Shown in pieces: positions 29,132 to 39,061 of a stretch of 64,000 nucleotides of DNA (within the stretch, counting starts at the first letter, position 1; every line of letters starts with the position of its first letter). The DNA comes from an uncultured Gemmatimonadales bacterium. GTDB taxonomy: Bacteria; Gemmatimonadota; Gemmatimonadetes; Longimicrobiales; Gaopeijiaceae. The stretch is taken from assembly GCA_963823035.1 (NCBI GenBank), contig CAWGKG010000012.1:448001-512000 (forward strand). The letters run 5' to 3'. A model generated the notes under the pieces. That model saw nothing but the letters and a program-made list of their open reading frames with translations. It was not told where the DNA came from and did no database searches. The position numbers and the translations under genes are program-made.

Positions 29132-30463
29132 ATCACCAGGACGCCGCTGGCCGAGCTGCCACCGAAGAGGCTGCCTGCCTCGATCGGCTTGTAGACCACG
29201 ATGCGGTCGATGGACTCGGGAGGCATCTGTAGCGCGAGATCCGTGTTCGTCGCGCGCACGTCGTTGATGTAGACGACCATCGGTATGCACCCGCCGCTCT
29301 CGTTGTTCAGCATACGGACCTGTCCCGAGGTGTAGCCGACGCACAGCGAGGAATCGGCGCGCCGTCGGATGATCACGCCCGGCAGGTGCTGGCTCTGCAG
29401 GATGTCGGCGGCGTCGCGCGCGCGCGCCCGGACCTTGTCGATCTCCGTCTTGGTGATCGTGATCCCGCCCATGGCGCGCCGGGTGACCGGCTCTGCCTCG
29501 ACCGTCACCGTGATCGGCGCGATCTCGATCGCGCGCGTGTCCACCCTCATCTCCACCGCGAGCGAGCTCCCCGAGGGCACGATGAGGGTGTCCCGCTTGG
29601 TGCCGTACTGGAGGTGGCGCGCGAACATCATGTAGGTGCCCGGAGGAACGTCGCCGAAGCGGAACTCGCCCGCGGATCCGGTGACGGCGCGGAACTTCGT
29701 GCCCCTGAGCCAGACGTCCGCGTCGGCCACACCGATGCCGCTGGCCGCGTCGACGATGTGCCCCGAGACCTTCGCCTCCTCGAGATTCCAGAGGAGGAAC
29801 CCCGCCTCGATCGCCCCTCCCTCCGAGACCGTCACTTCGCGCCGCAAGCCCCCTCGGTCCAGGAACGTCGCGGTGGCCGTGATGGGCGTGCCGCTCGGTG
29901 CGGCGCAGGTGTGGTACCACCCCCCATCGTCCGTCTCGAGCTGCATGTGCTGGGGATCCACCGCACCCTCCGGGCTCCACGAGAGGAGGACATGCGCCCG
30001 CGGAAGACCCATGCCGGTGGCGCCGTCTCCCACCCACCCCGCGATGGCACCCGTGCCGGGTCCGGAGTCCTCCAACAGGCAGGGGGTGACCATCACCGTG
30101 AAGATGGACGGCGTGGCGAGGTCCACCACCACGGTGTCCGCTCGGCATGACGCGCACGGCCCGTGGCCCCGGCGAGATGCCCATCTCACCCAGACGGGTA
30201 TGGAAGAAGAGGAGGGTGTAGTCGCCGGGTGGCACGTCCGGGATGACATACCGCCCGTCCTCTCCCGTCACCGCGCGGTAGGAGGTGTTCCAGAGGAACA
30301 CGGCCGCGTCGGGAAGGGGTGTGCCGGCCATCGAGTCGAACACGACACCGCGAACGGCCCCGAGGGGACGCTGGGGCTCAACCTGCGCGCGGACCCCGGG
30401 GGCGACCATCGCCACGGCGGTGGTGCAGAAGATGAGCGTCCGCATCGGCGCGAGCATCGACAT
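29113..30463 (-). CDS. Secreted carboxypeptidase-regulatory-like repeat protein with C-terminal plug-like domain (frameshift about 30140)
   Basis: Same architecture as 8876-10261; ends IDRIVVYKPIEAGSLFG...SGVLVIYTHNR-stop. Confidence 0.75.
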
Positions 30464-30656
30464 CGGCTCCTCGAGGGGCAGCGTGCTTCAGGGACCCGAG
30501 GGTCCACCTACCATACGACGGAAAGGGCGCGGACGTACACATCGGGCTCCGGTCCCGCGCGCGGGCGCGCCCGAGCTTGCGGGGGGTGTCGGCTTTGGTT
30601 ACACGTTGTCGGCTGATCGCGGGTAGACCGAAAAACAGGGACCGTCCGGAGGCTGC

Positions 30657-30890
30657 ATGGCCTATATCATCACCGAACCCTGCCTGGAGACCAAAGACGC
30701 GAGTTGCGTCGAGGTCTGCCCCGTGGATTGCATCTACGAGGCATCGGACCAGTACTACATCCATCCCGACGAGTGCATCGACTGCGGGGCCTGCGAACCC
30801 GAATGTCCCGTTCAGGCGATCTTCCCGGATACAGATGTGCCTACCGAGTGGACGAGCTACATCGAGAAGAACCGGGTGCATTTCGACTGA
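30657..30890 (+). CDS. 7Fe-type ferredoxin
   Basis: [23 protein letters not shown]...[22 protein letters not shown]. Confidence 0.95.
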   Translation: MAYIITEPCLETKDASCVEVCPVDCIYEASDQYYIHPDECIDCGACEPECPVQAIFPDTDVPTEWTSYIEKNRVHFD

Positions 30891-30917
30891 GGCGTCGCGA
30901 AAGAAGCAGGGACGAAA

Positions 30918-30947
30918 GCGGCGGGAGGAGTGGACTCCTCCCGCCGC
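30918..30947. terminator. Terminator-like hairpin between convergent genes
   Basis: Perfect GCGGCGGGAGGAG/CTCCTCCCGCCGC stem, TGGA loop. Confidence 0.65.
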
Positions 30948-30985
30948 AGTCCGTTCCTGGCGGTATTCGGGTCCTGCGGCGGCCG

Positions 30986-31153
30986 TCAGTGGCCGAGGGC
31001 CCGGATCCGCTCGAGGGAGATGGTCGCCGGCTGGGTTTCTCCGGCCGGGACGACCCGTGGGGTGTTGGCGCTGTCCTTGACCTGTCGGACCAGCAAGAAG
31101 CCCGCGGCCAGGGCGACGACAGCGCCGAACAGTCCTGCTGTGAGGGAGCGCAT
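30986..31153 (-). CDS. Small single-TM protein (55 aa)
   Basis: GGAGA RBS, MRSLTAGLFGAVVALAAGFLLVRQVKD...ISLERIRALGH; not in the ORF track. Confidence 0.6.
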   Translation of the reverse strand: MRSLTAGLFGAVVALAAGFLLVRQVKDSANTPRVVPAGETQPATISLERIRALGH

Positions 31154-31362
31154 GGGGGGGTCTCCGTGACAGGGTCCTGCTTGGATCGGAATGCACGAAC
31201 CATGCCGATTGGATCGACACTCTCACGAAGGGCCTAACGCATTGTAGGACAATGTTCTACGGTGTTGAGGCAGGTCGGGGACAGCCACGGATTTCCGACA
31301 CGTTGTGCGGAGAGCGCACGTGTTCGTCGGAAATCTGACACTCGAGCCGGGGAGGAGCGGCG

Positions 31363-32565
31363 ATGGCGACCGCGGCGGCAGGTTTGGCGGATGGAATCCG
31401 GTCCGGTGACCCCGTGGCACTGGCGCGAGCGCTGGTCGCCATCCCCTCCGTGAACCCCGTACTCGCGCCGGGGGGCGCCGGCGAGGCTGAGATCGCCCGC
31501 GCGTGCGCCGAGTGGCTCGAAGCCTGGGGGCTCGAGGCGCACGTACACGAGATCGACGCGGGGCGCTTCAACGTGACCGCCACCCTCGCGGGCCAGGGCC
31601 CGACGCTCCTCCTGAACGGGCACCTCGACACCGTGGGGGTCGACGGCATGACGGTCGATCCCTTCGGGGGGGCCTTGCGGGCGGGGAGGATCCTCGGCCG
31701 CGGCTCCTGTGACATGAAGGGCGGCGTCGCGGCGCTCCTGGCGGCCGCGGCGAAGCTCGCCGCGGACGGCCCGAGACCGAACCTCCTCGTCGCGCTCACG
31801 GCCGACGAGGAGCACGCGAGCCTGGGGATGGACGCGCTCGTCCGATCGGGGGTGCGCGCCGACCTCGCGGTCGTGTGCGAGCCGACCAGCCTCGCGGTCA
31901 TGCCCGCACACAAGGGGTTCGTATGGGTGAAGGCATCCTTCACCGGGCGGGCGGCACACGGCTCCCGTCCGGAGCTCGGCGTGGACGCCATCCGACACGC
32001 GGCACACTTCGTCACGTCGCTCGACGATCACGCCGAGGAGGTTCGTCACCGTCCGGTCCACCCCCTGCTGGGGCATGGCTCGCTGCACACCGGGACCATC
32101 CGTGGCGGGACGGCCGAATCCGTCTACCCCGAGCAGTGCGAGCTCCTTCTGGAGCGTCGGACGTTGCCCGGGGAGACGCCGGAGGAGGTTCTGGAGGAGA
32201 TCGGCCGCGTACTGGACCGCGTGCGAGCACGCGAGCCCGAGCTGAGGGCGACGCTCGACGTCACCCTGGCGCGTCCGGGAACCGAGATCCCCGCCGACTC
32301 CCGACTGGTCCGGGGGCTGCTCGACGCCAGTGAGGCCTGCGGTGTCGCGCCGGCCGTGGCGGGGATGACGGCCTGGGTCGACGCGGCGTTCCTCAACGAG
32401 GCGGGAATCCCCGCCGTGTGCTTCGGGCCGGGTGACATCGCCCAGGCCCACAGCGCGGACGAATGGATCGAGGCAGCGGAGATCGACGCCTGCGCCCGGA
32501 TCCTGGAGCGCTTCGCGCGCTGGCTGTCCGTTGGGCGACAGGACGAACCAGCGCGCCTAGCCTAG
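31363..32565 (+). CDS. ArgE/DapE family M20 deacylase
   Basis: NGHLDTV, GRGSCDMKGG, DEE, VCEPT, AHGS, AHSADE. Confidence 0.9.
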   Translation: MATAAAGLADGIRSGDPVALARALVAIPSVNPVLAPGGAGEAEIARACAEWLEAWGLEAHVHEIDAGRFNVTATLAGQGPTLLLNGHLDTVGVDGMTVDPFGGALRAGRILGRGSCDMKGGVAALLAAAAKLAADGPRPNLLVALTADEEHASLGMDALVRSGVRADLAVVCEPTSLAVMPAHKGFVWVKASFTGRAAHGSRPELGVDAIRHAAHFVTSLDDHAEEVRHRPVHPLLGHGSLHTGTIRGGTAESVYPEQCELLLERRTLPGETPEEVLEEIGRVLDRVRAREPELRATLDVTLARPGTEIPADSRLVRGLLDASEACGVAPAVAGMTAWVDAAFLNEAGIPAVCFGPGDIAQAHSADEWIEAAEIDACARILERFARWLSVGRQDEPARLA

Positions 32566-32582
32566 TGTGGTGTCCCGGAACG

Positions 32583-32981
32583 CTAGCGCCCCCGTTTCGT
32601 TGAGACGAGGATGACCCCGTTGTTGTAGTTCGTGCCGAAGCGCGTGGTAGCGTCGGAGGCGTTCATGTACACCATCTCCTGAACCTGCGCCGCGGGCAGG
32701 TTGTTCAGGGCCTCGATGCCGCCCCCCTGCGGATTCCCGTCGATGTGGACCTGGGGCGTGCCACCACTACGCGTCCGCAGCCACGTCGGGCGCAGGCGCT
32801 GGACCGCCGCGTAGGCGCTGAGCTGGGCGACGTTGGTCAACTCGTCTTCGACGATGCGTGTGGAGGAGCCTCGCCGCGCCGCGGTGTCGCCTCCCGCGCC
32901 GCCCCCGCTCGCGCAAGCCGCGAGGGCGAGGGTGATGGCCAGGAGAGCGGGAAGCACGCGAGGCGAACGCGGGACATACAT
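32583..32981 (-). CDS. Small lipoprotein consisting of a TonB plug-like domain only
   Basis: LAAC lipobox; VHIDG...VQEMVYMNASDATTRFGT...GVILVSTK. Confidence 0.75.
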   Translation of the reverse strand: MYVPRSPRVLPALLAITLALAACASGGGAGGDTAARRGSSTRIVEDELTNVAQLSAYAAVQRLRPTWLRTRSGGTPQVHIDGNPQGGGIEALNNLPAAQVQEMVYMNASDATTRFGTNYNNGVILVSTKRGR

Positions 32982-33066
32982 GGAGAGCCTCCAGGGCAGG
33001 GATGGACCGTAGCGTTTCGCCGATGTGGGTGCACCGGCCCGACAAGATGCCCCGGGGGCGCTACAG

Positions 33067-33102
33067 GCGCCACTGTTGGGGATGTCGCGCCACTGTTGGG
33101 GA
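33067..33102. repeat. 16-bp direct repeat, 20-bp period
   Basis: GCGCCACTGTTGGGGA at 33067 and 33087. Confidence 0.8.
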
Positions 33103-33190
33103 GCTTGCTCGCCTGTGGGCGCTCCGGTAACCTCACGGACCGCGCTGTGACCAGGCATGCGGCGGTGCGCCCGAACCAGCGGAGGCCGGT

Positions 33191-34870
33191 ATGAAGTCGA
33201 CACGGATCGGGATCCTGGCCGGCGCCCTCCTCGTGGCGGCGTGTGGTGGGCGGGAGGGTGACGCGGCGGACCTCGTCTTCCGGGGGGGCGTGGTCTGGAC
33301 GGGCTCGTCCACCGCGGATCGCGACCAGGCCGTGGCGGTCAAGGACGGGAAGGTCCTCGCGGTCGGCTCCGACGGCGAAATCGAGGCGTACGTCGGCGCG
33401 GGGACCCGCGTGGTGGAGTTGGACGGCCGCTCCGTCACGCCGGGGTTCATCGACGCCCACACGCACTTCCTCGACGGGGGCTTCAAGCTCGCCGGGGTCG
33501 ATCTTAGGGATGCCGCCACCCCGGCCGAGTTCGCACGTCGTATCGGTGCCTTCGCCGCCACGGTGCCGCCGGGCACCTGGATTACCGGGGGTGACTGGGA
33601 CCACGAGCTTTGGGGCGGCGAACTGCCCAGGAAGGAGTGGGTGGACTCGCTTACACCGGACAACCCGGTGTTCGTCAACCGCCTGGATGGGCACATGTCG
33701 CTGGCCAACTCGGCGGCCCTGCGCGCCGCCGGCATCGACCAGGGCGGGCGCACGCCCGACCCGGCCGGTGGGACGATCGTCCGGGACGTACGCACGGCCG
33801 ACCCGGCCGGGGTCTTCAAGGACGAGGCGATGGCGTTGGTGGGCCGCGTCATCCCCGACCCGTCCGAGGCGGACCTGGACCGGGCCCTGCAGGCCGCGGC
33901 CCGTCACGCCCTCGAGCGGGGCGTGACGCAGGTCCACGACATGGCCGGTTGGCCGAGCCTCGAGACGTACCAGCGCGCCTACGCCCGTGGCGAGCTACCG
34001 CTGCGCGTGTACTCGGTGGTTCCGATCGCGACGTGGGAGCGGCTGCGCGACTACGTGGCCGAGCACGGCCGAGGCGACGACTACCTCTGGTGGGGAGGGC
34101 TGAAGGGCTTCGTCGACGGCTCGCTCGGATCCACCACCGCGTGGTTCTACCAGCCCTATTCGGACGAGCCGGCTACGTCGGGCTTCATGGTCACGGACTC
34201 GACGGAGCTGCGCACCGAGATCGAAGGCGCGGACGCGGCCGGCCTGCAGGTCATCGTGCACGCCATCGGCGACCGGGCGAACGACTGGCTCCTCGACGTC
34301 TACCGCGAGGCCGCCGAGATGAACGGCCCCCGGGACCGGCGCTTCCGCATCGAGCACGCCCAGCACCTGAGTCCCGGGGCGATCAGCCGCTTCGCCGAGC
34401 AAGGGGTGATCGCGTCCATGCAGCCCTACCACGCTGCGGACGACGGCCGCTGGGCCGAGAAGCGGATCGGGCCGGAGCGCATCCGGACCACCTACGCCTT
34501 TCGCTCCCTCCTGGACGCCGGAGCCACGCTCGCCTTCGGGTCGGACTGGACGGTGGCGCCCATCGATCCGATTCTCGGGATCGACGCGGCGGTGACCCGG
34601 CGCACCATCGACGGCGCCAACCCGGACGGATGGATGCCCCAGGAGCGGATCACCCTGGAGGAGACGCTCCGCGCGTACACGCAGGGTGGCGCCACGGCGG
34701 GCTTCAAGGAGGACCGCCTGGGTCGGCTCGAGCCCGGAATGCTCGCCGACCTGGTGGTGCTTTCGGACGACATCTTCTCCCTCGATCCGAAGAGCCTGGT
34801 GAACGTTCGCGTAGAGATGACGGTGGTGGGTGGCCGGGTCGCGTACGAACGGCCGGAAAGCCCGGCCTAG
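33191..34870 (+). CDS. YtcJ-like amidohydrolase lipoprotein
   Basis: VAAC lipobox, PGFIDAHTH, KGFVDGSLG, HAIGD, RIEHAQ, FGSDW. Confidence 0.9.
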   Translation: MKSTRIGILAGALLVAACGGREGDAADLVFRGGVVWTGSSTADRDQAVAVKDGKVLAVGSDGEIEAYVGAGTRVVELDGRSVTPGFIDAHTHFLDGGFKLAGVDLRDAATPAEFARRIGAFAATVPPGTWITGGDWDHELWGGELPRKEWVDSLTPDNPVFVNRLDGHMSLANSAALRAAGIDQGGRTPDPAGGTIVRDVRTADPAGVFKDEAMALVGRVIPDPSEADLDRALQAAARHALERGVTQVHDMAGWPSLETYQRAYARGELPLRVYSVVPIATWERLRDYVAEHGRGDDYLWWGGLKGFVDGSLGSTTAWFYQPYSDEPATSGFMVTDSTELRTEIEGADAAGLQVIVHAIGDRANDWLLDVYREAAEMNGPRDRRFRIEHAQHLSPGAISRFAEQGVIASMQPYHAADDGRWAEKRIGPERIRTTYAFRSLLDAGATLAFGSDWTVAPIDPILGIDAAVTRRTIDGANPDGWMPQERITLEETLRAYTQGGATAGFKEDRLGRLEPGMLADLVVLSDDIFSLDPKSLVNVRVEMTVVGGRVAYERPESPA

Positions 34871-34907
34871 CTGCTAGCGATCCGGAGGAGAACGGGAAGG
34901 AGTGGTC

Positions 34908-35609
34908 ATGGAGCAGGAGCCCGAGGGCTCGCGGCAGCCACTGAGCCATACGAGGCAGGTCACCATCGACGCCCTGTGCGAGCACTTCGCCAACGACGTC
35001 ATGGGGGTGGAGGAATTCGAGCGACGCGTGGACTCTGCGCATCGCGCGTCCACCGTGGCGGATCTGAAGGACCTGCTGCGAGACCTTCCGGGGAGCGACC
35101 TGCCGGCGCCGGTGTCGGGAGCGTCGATGCCGACGCCCGCCCCGCGGGCGCGCAGCTACCGCCTCGCGGCGGCCGGCCAGGTGAAGGATCGGGAGATCGT
35201 GGTCGCGATCCTGGGCGGGGCGTCCCGCCGTGGGCCGTGGACGCCGGCCCGCAAGAACTTCGCGTTCGCGATGATGGGTGGCGCGGAACTCGACTTCCGG
35301 GAGGCGGTGCTCGGACCGGGCGTGACCGAGGTCCAGGTGTTCGCGATGTGGGGTGGCATCGAGATCATCGTACCGCCGGGGATGAACGTGGAGAGCCACG
35401 GCGCCGGCATCATGGGCGGCTTCGACCACCTCACGGACATCGCCCCCGATCCTGATGCGCCTACCCTGCGCATCACCGGCGTCGCGATCATGGGCGGCGT
35501 GGAGATCACACAGCGCTATGCGGGCGAAAGCAGCCGCGACGCCCGGCGGCGCCGACGCATCGCGCGCAAGGAGCAGCGTCGGCTCCGCCGGGGCGACGAC
35601 CGTGGGTAG
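34908..35609 (+). CDS. DUF1707 (SHOCT-like) + LiaF/DUF2154-like domain protein
   Basis: IDALCEHFA..EEFERRV..A.TVADL..LLRDLP; MGGAELDFREA, WGGIEIIVP. Confidence 0.8.
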   Translation: MEQEPEGSRQPLSHTRQVTIDALCEHFANDVMGVEEFERRVDSAHRASTVADLKDLLRDLPGSDLPAPVSGASMPTPAPRARSYRLAAAGQVKDREIVVAILGGASRRGPWTPARKNFAFAMMGGAELDFREAVLGPGVTEVQVFAMWGGIEIIVPPGMNVESHGAGIMGGFDHLTDIAPDPDAPTLRITGVAIMGGVEITQRYAGESSRDARRRRRIARKEQRRLRRGDDRG

Positions 35610-35657
35610 GCGTCCGCCCGTGACGTGGTGCGGCGGGACTGCGCCCGGACGTACCGC

Positions 35658-36585
35658 ATGGGCCTGAACCCGCGGCGCGAGGTCGCGCTGATCTCCGTAT
35701 CGATCGACCTCGGCGCCGGCCGGCGCGGCGTGGACATGGGACCGTCGGCGCTCCGCATCGCGGAGTTGACCCAGAAGGTGGAGGCGCTCGGATACCGCGT
35801 GCGCGAAGCCGGGACGGTCACGGCGGGTGGCTTCGAGACCACCGACCCCGGGGACGAGCGGCATACACGCTTCCTTGGGGAGATCCTCGATGTCGCGTCG
35901 CGTACGGGAGAGCTCGTGACGCGGGGGCTCGAGGATGGGTGCCTTCCCCTCGTCGTCGGTGGAGACCACTCCCTGTCGATCGGCTCCGTGGCGGCGGTGG
36001 CGCGGCACTACCGCGACGCAGGGCGAGTCCATCGGGCTCATCTGGGTCGACGCCCACGCGGACATGAACACGCCCGGGACCACGCCCAGCGGCAACGTGC
36101 ACGGCATGAGCCTCGCGGTGCTGCTCGGCCGTGGTCACGAGGCGCTCACCGCCCTCTCGGGCGAGGGGCCCGCGTTGCGGCCGGAGAACGTCACGGTGAT
36201 GGGCGCGCGCGAGCTCGACCCGGGCGAGCGCGCCCTCGTCGCGGAGCTGGGCGTTCGCGTCTTCACGATGTCGGAGATCGACGAGCGCGGCATCGCGGCG
36301 TGCATGGACGAAGCGCTGGGGCGAGCCACCGCCGGGACGGCGGGCTTCCACCTCTCCTTCGACCTGGACGCCCTCGATCCGCGCGAGGCGCCGGGGGTGG
36401 GCACGCCCGTACAGGGTGGGCTCACGTATCGCGAGGGTCACCTGGTGTGCGAGAAGGCAGCGGGGTCGGAGCGGATCGTCAGCCTCGAGCTCGTGGAGCT
36501 CAATCCGGTGCTCGACGACCGGAACCACACGGCACGTCTCGCGGTAGGGCTTCTGGCCTCGGCGCTCGGTCAGTCCATCCTCTGA
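35658..36585 (+). CDS. rocF: Arginase (frameshift about 36020)
   Basis: DLGAGRRGVDMGP, GGDHS, WVDAHADMN, SGNVHGM, SFDLDALDP, ELNP. Confidence 0.9.
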
Positions 36586-36639
36586 CGCCCACGGGCGCTC
36601 GTGGTATCCCCTCTCGACCTCGTTTCCTGGGAGATTTCC

Positions 36640-37101
36640 ATGCCCGACACGCTACGGTCCCGCCTCTCGGAGATCGCCCTCAACCTCATGCGCATCGTCT
36701 TCGGCCTGATGTTCATGCAACACGGCGCGCAGAAGCTGTTCGCGGTGCTGGGTCGTGAGCAGCCGGTCGAGCTCTTCTCCCAGATGGGGCTGGCGGGCGT
36801 GCTCGAGTTCTGGGGTGGGATGCTGATCGTGCTCGGGCTCTTCACCCGACCGGTGGCCTTCTTCCTCGCGGGCGAGATGGCGGTGGCCTACTTCCAGGCG
36901 CACTTCTCCCGAGGCTGGTTCCCGATCGTGAACCGGGGCGAGGTGGTCGTTCTCTACTGCTTCGCCTTCCTCTACCTGTCGGCGCGTGGGGGGGGGTCGT
37001 TCAGCCTCGACGGTCTGTGGGCCTCGCGGAGAAGGGCCAAGGGCAGTCTAGCGGCCCCGACGAGGCTCATCCGCGCAACGTTCGGTCCAGGTACGCCTTG
37101 A
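36640..37101 (+). CDS. DoxX family membrane protein
   Basis: RIVFGLMFMQHGAQKL, EFWGG...GLFTRP, GEMAVAYF, SLD. Confidence 0.9.
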   Translation: MPDTLRSRLSEIALNLMRIVFGLMFMQHGAQKLFAVLGREQPVELFSQMGLAGVLEFWGGMLIVLGLFTRPVAFFLAGEMAVAYFQAHFSRGWFPIVNRGEVVVLYCFAFLYLSARGGGSFSLDGLWASRRRAKGSLAAPTRLIRATFGPGTP

Positions 37102-37948
37102 GGCGCTGCCACGCGTCCAGGGCCGGCGCCGCGCGTGTCGCGGGGTCCTGGTCCACGTGGAGCCAGAAGCCGTGCTGCACGTCGTCGTACACGTGCACGT
37201 CGTTCGGAATTCCGGCCTCGCGCAACGCGGCCACGAACGCCTCCACCGCCGAGGGCGGGATGCCTTGGTCGAGCCCGGCGAAGGTGCCATACACCTCGTG
37301 GGAGATGTGCGCCAGCCGCTCCGGGTCGTCCACGAGCTGCCCGTAGAAGATCGCCGTGGCGTCGTGGTTCTCCCCGTCGAGGCCGAAGGAGAGCGCTACG
37401 CCTCCGCCGAAGCACCAGCCCATGGCGCCCACCCGCCCCGTGACGTCGGGACGCGACTTCAGGTAGTCCACGGCCGCGTTCATGTTGGCGATCATCTTCG
37501 GCTGGTCGTCGTGCACCTCCTGCATGAGCGCCCGGTTCTCGTCCGGTGTGGAGCCCGTGCGCCCCTCGTAGAGGTCGACGGCGAACGTGACGTAGCCCTC
37601 CGCGGCCAGGGCGTCGGCCACCTGGCGCACGCGGTCCACCAGTCCGTTCCATTCGTGAACGATGACGAGGGCCGGGAAGGGACCGTCTCCGGCGGGGACC
37701 GCGAGGTACCCGGTCGTGGCGGTGTCCCCGTCCACGTAGGGGAGGTCGACGCCCTGCAGCGGACCGGCCTGCCCCAGGAGGGCGGGCGGGAGCTCGCCCT
37801 CGGCGGTGGGCGCGGCGGGTACGCGGGGTCCCGTCATGGCGGGTCCGCTTCTCGCGGACGTCTCCGCGGTGCCTCCCTGCTCTCCGCCTCCGCAGGCGAT
37901 CAGCAGGAGGCCGGCTATGGCGACGACGGCGAGGTGGGGAGTTCGCAT
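37067..37948 (-). CDS. Dienelactone hydrolase family lipoprotein
   Basis: LIAC lipobox, HEWNG, GWCFGG, HGF. Confidence 0.9.
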   Translation of the reverse strand: MRTPHLAVVAIAGLLLIACGGGEQGGTAETSARSGPAMTGPRVPAAPTAEGELPPALLGQAGPLQGVDLPYVDGDTATTGYLAVPAGDGPFPALVIVHEWNGLVDRVRQVADALAAEGYVTFAVDLYEGRTGSTPDENRALMQEVHDDQPKMIANMNAAVDYLKSRPDVTGRVGAMGWCFGGGVALSFGLDGENHDATAIFYGQLVDDPERLAHISHEVYGTFAGLDQGIPPSAVEAFVAALREAGIPNDVHVYDDVQHGFWLHVDQDPATRAAPALDAWQRLKAYLDRTLRG

Positions 37949-38060
37949 GGGAGGGTCTCCGATCCAGGGTGGAGCCGAACGGTCTGGCCCCCAGGATAGG
38001 GTGCCCGCCCGCGGAGCGCACGCCCGCGCCGCCGGCCGCGTGAGCGTTGCCCTCGCATTT

Positions 38061-38099
38061 ATTCAAGGTTGAATGTATACTATCTACTTCAAGCTTGAA
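38061..38099. promoter_or_regulatory. Two palindromic operator-like sites flanking a -10 box
   Basis: ATTCAAGGTTGAAT (38061-38074), TATACT (38076-38081), TTCAAGCTTGAA (38088-38099). Confidence 0.7.
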
Positions 38100-38129
38100 A
38101 ATACGAACGATGCGCACACGGAGGGATCC

Positions 38130-38990
38130 ATGCGGAAGGGCGACGACGCGATTCTCGTGACGGGAGCGACGGGTCAGCAGGGAGGAGCCACGGCGAGGGA
38201 GCTGCTCGCCGAGGGACACGCGGTGCACGCGATGACGCGTCATCCCGAGGGGGAGGCCGCCAAGGCCCTGGCGGCCGCGGGCGCCACGATCGTGAAAGGC
38301 GACCTCGACGACGAGGCTTCGCTGCGCGCGGCCCTTGCCGGGAAGTGGGGGACCTTCGCCATACAGAACACCTGGGAGGCCGGCGTCGAGGGCGAGGAGG
38401 AGCAGGGGAAGCGCTTCGCGCGCATCGCCCACGCGGCGGGCGTGAAGCACTACGTCTACGCGTCGGTGGGCTCCGCGGATCGGGACACGGGCATCCCTCA
38501 CTTCGACAACAAGGACCGGGTGGAGGAGGTCGTGCGTGGCCTCGGGTTCCCGTCCTGGGTGATCCTGCGGCCGGTGTTCTTCATGGAGAATCTCGCGTCG
38601 CCGTGGTTCAAGCCGGCCATCGACGAAGGCACGCTGGCGCTCGGGATGGGCGGAGACACGCCGCTGCAGATGGTGGCGGTCGAGGACATCGGCAAGTACG
38701 GGAGGTTGGCCTTCGACGACCACGAAGCCCTGAACGGCCAGGCCATCGACTTCGCGGGGGACTCCCTCACGCCCAGGGAGATCGCCGCCGTCCTGAGCGA
38801 GGCCACCGGTCGCGCGATCGATCACTACGCGGTTCCGCTCGACGAGGTGCGGAAGTCGAGCGAGGAGTTCGCGATCATGCTCGACTGGTTCGAGCGGGTG
38901 GGCTACGACGCGGACATCGAGGGCAACGCCAAGCGATACGGCATCCGGCCGACGCCGTTCAGCGAATGGGCGAAGACCGTCACATGGTGA
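38130..38990 (+). CDS. NmrA/HSCARG family NAD(P)-binding protein
   Basis: VTGATGQQGG, IPHFDNK, LRPVFFMEN. Confidence 0.9.
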   Translation: MRKGDDAILVTGATGQQGGATARELLAEGHAVHAMTRHPEGEAAKALAAAGATIVKGDLDDEASLRAALAGKWGTFAIQNTWEAGVEGEEEQGKRFARIAHAAGVKHYVYASVGSADRDTGIPHFDNKDRVEEVVRGLGFPSWVILRPVFFMENLASPWFKPAIDEGTLALGMGGDTPLQMVAVEDIGKYGRLAFDDHEALNGQAIDFAGDSLTPREIAAVLSEATGRAIDHYAVPLDEVRKSSEEFAIMLDWFERVGYDADIEGNAKRYGIRPTPFSEWAKTVTW

Positions 38991-39061
38991 CGGCGGGCTG
39001 ATTGCCGCTCGGCCGGGCCGCGCGCACTTTGGCGCAGCGATCCCCGAACCGAGGCGGCCGC

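Noticed and set aside
30587..30614. TGTCGGCT repeated at a 20-bp period upstream of the ferredoxin
   Set aside because: Too short to distinguish from chance without comparative data
33067..33102. Possible CRISPR repeat
   Set aside because: Only two 16-bp copies with a 4-bp spacer and no cas genes
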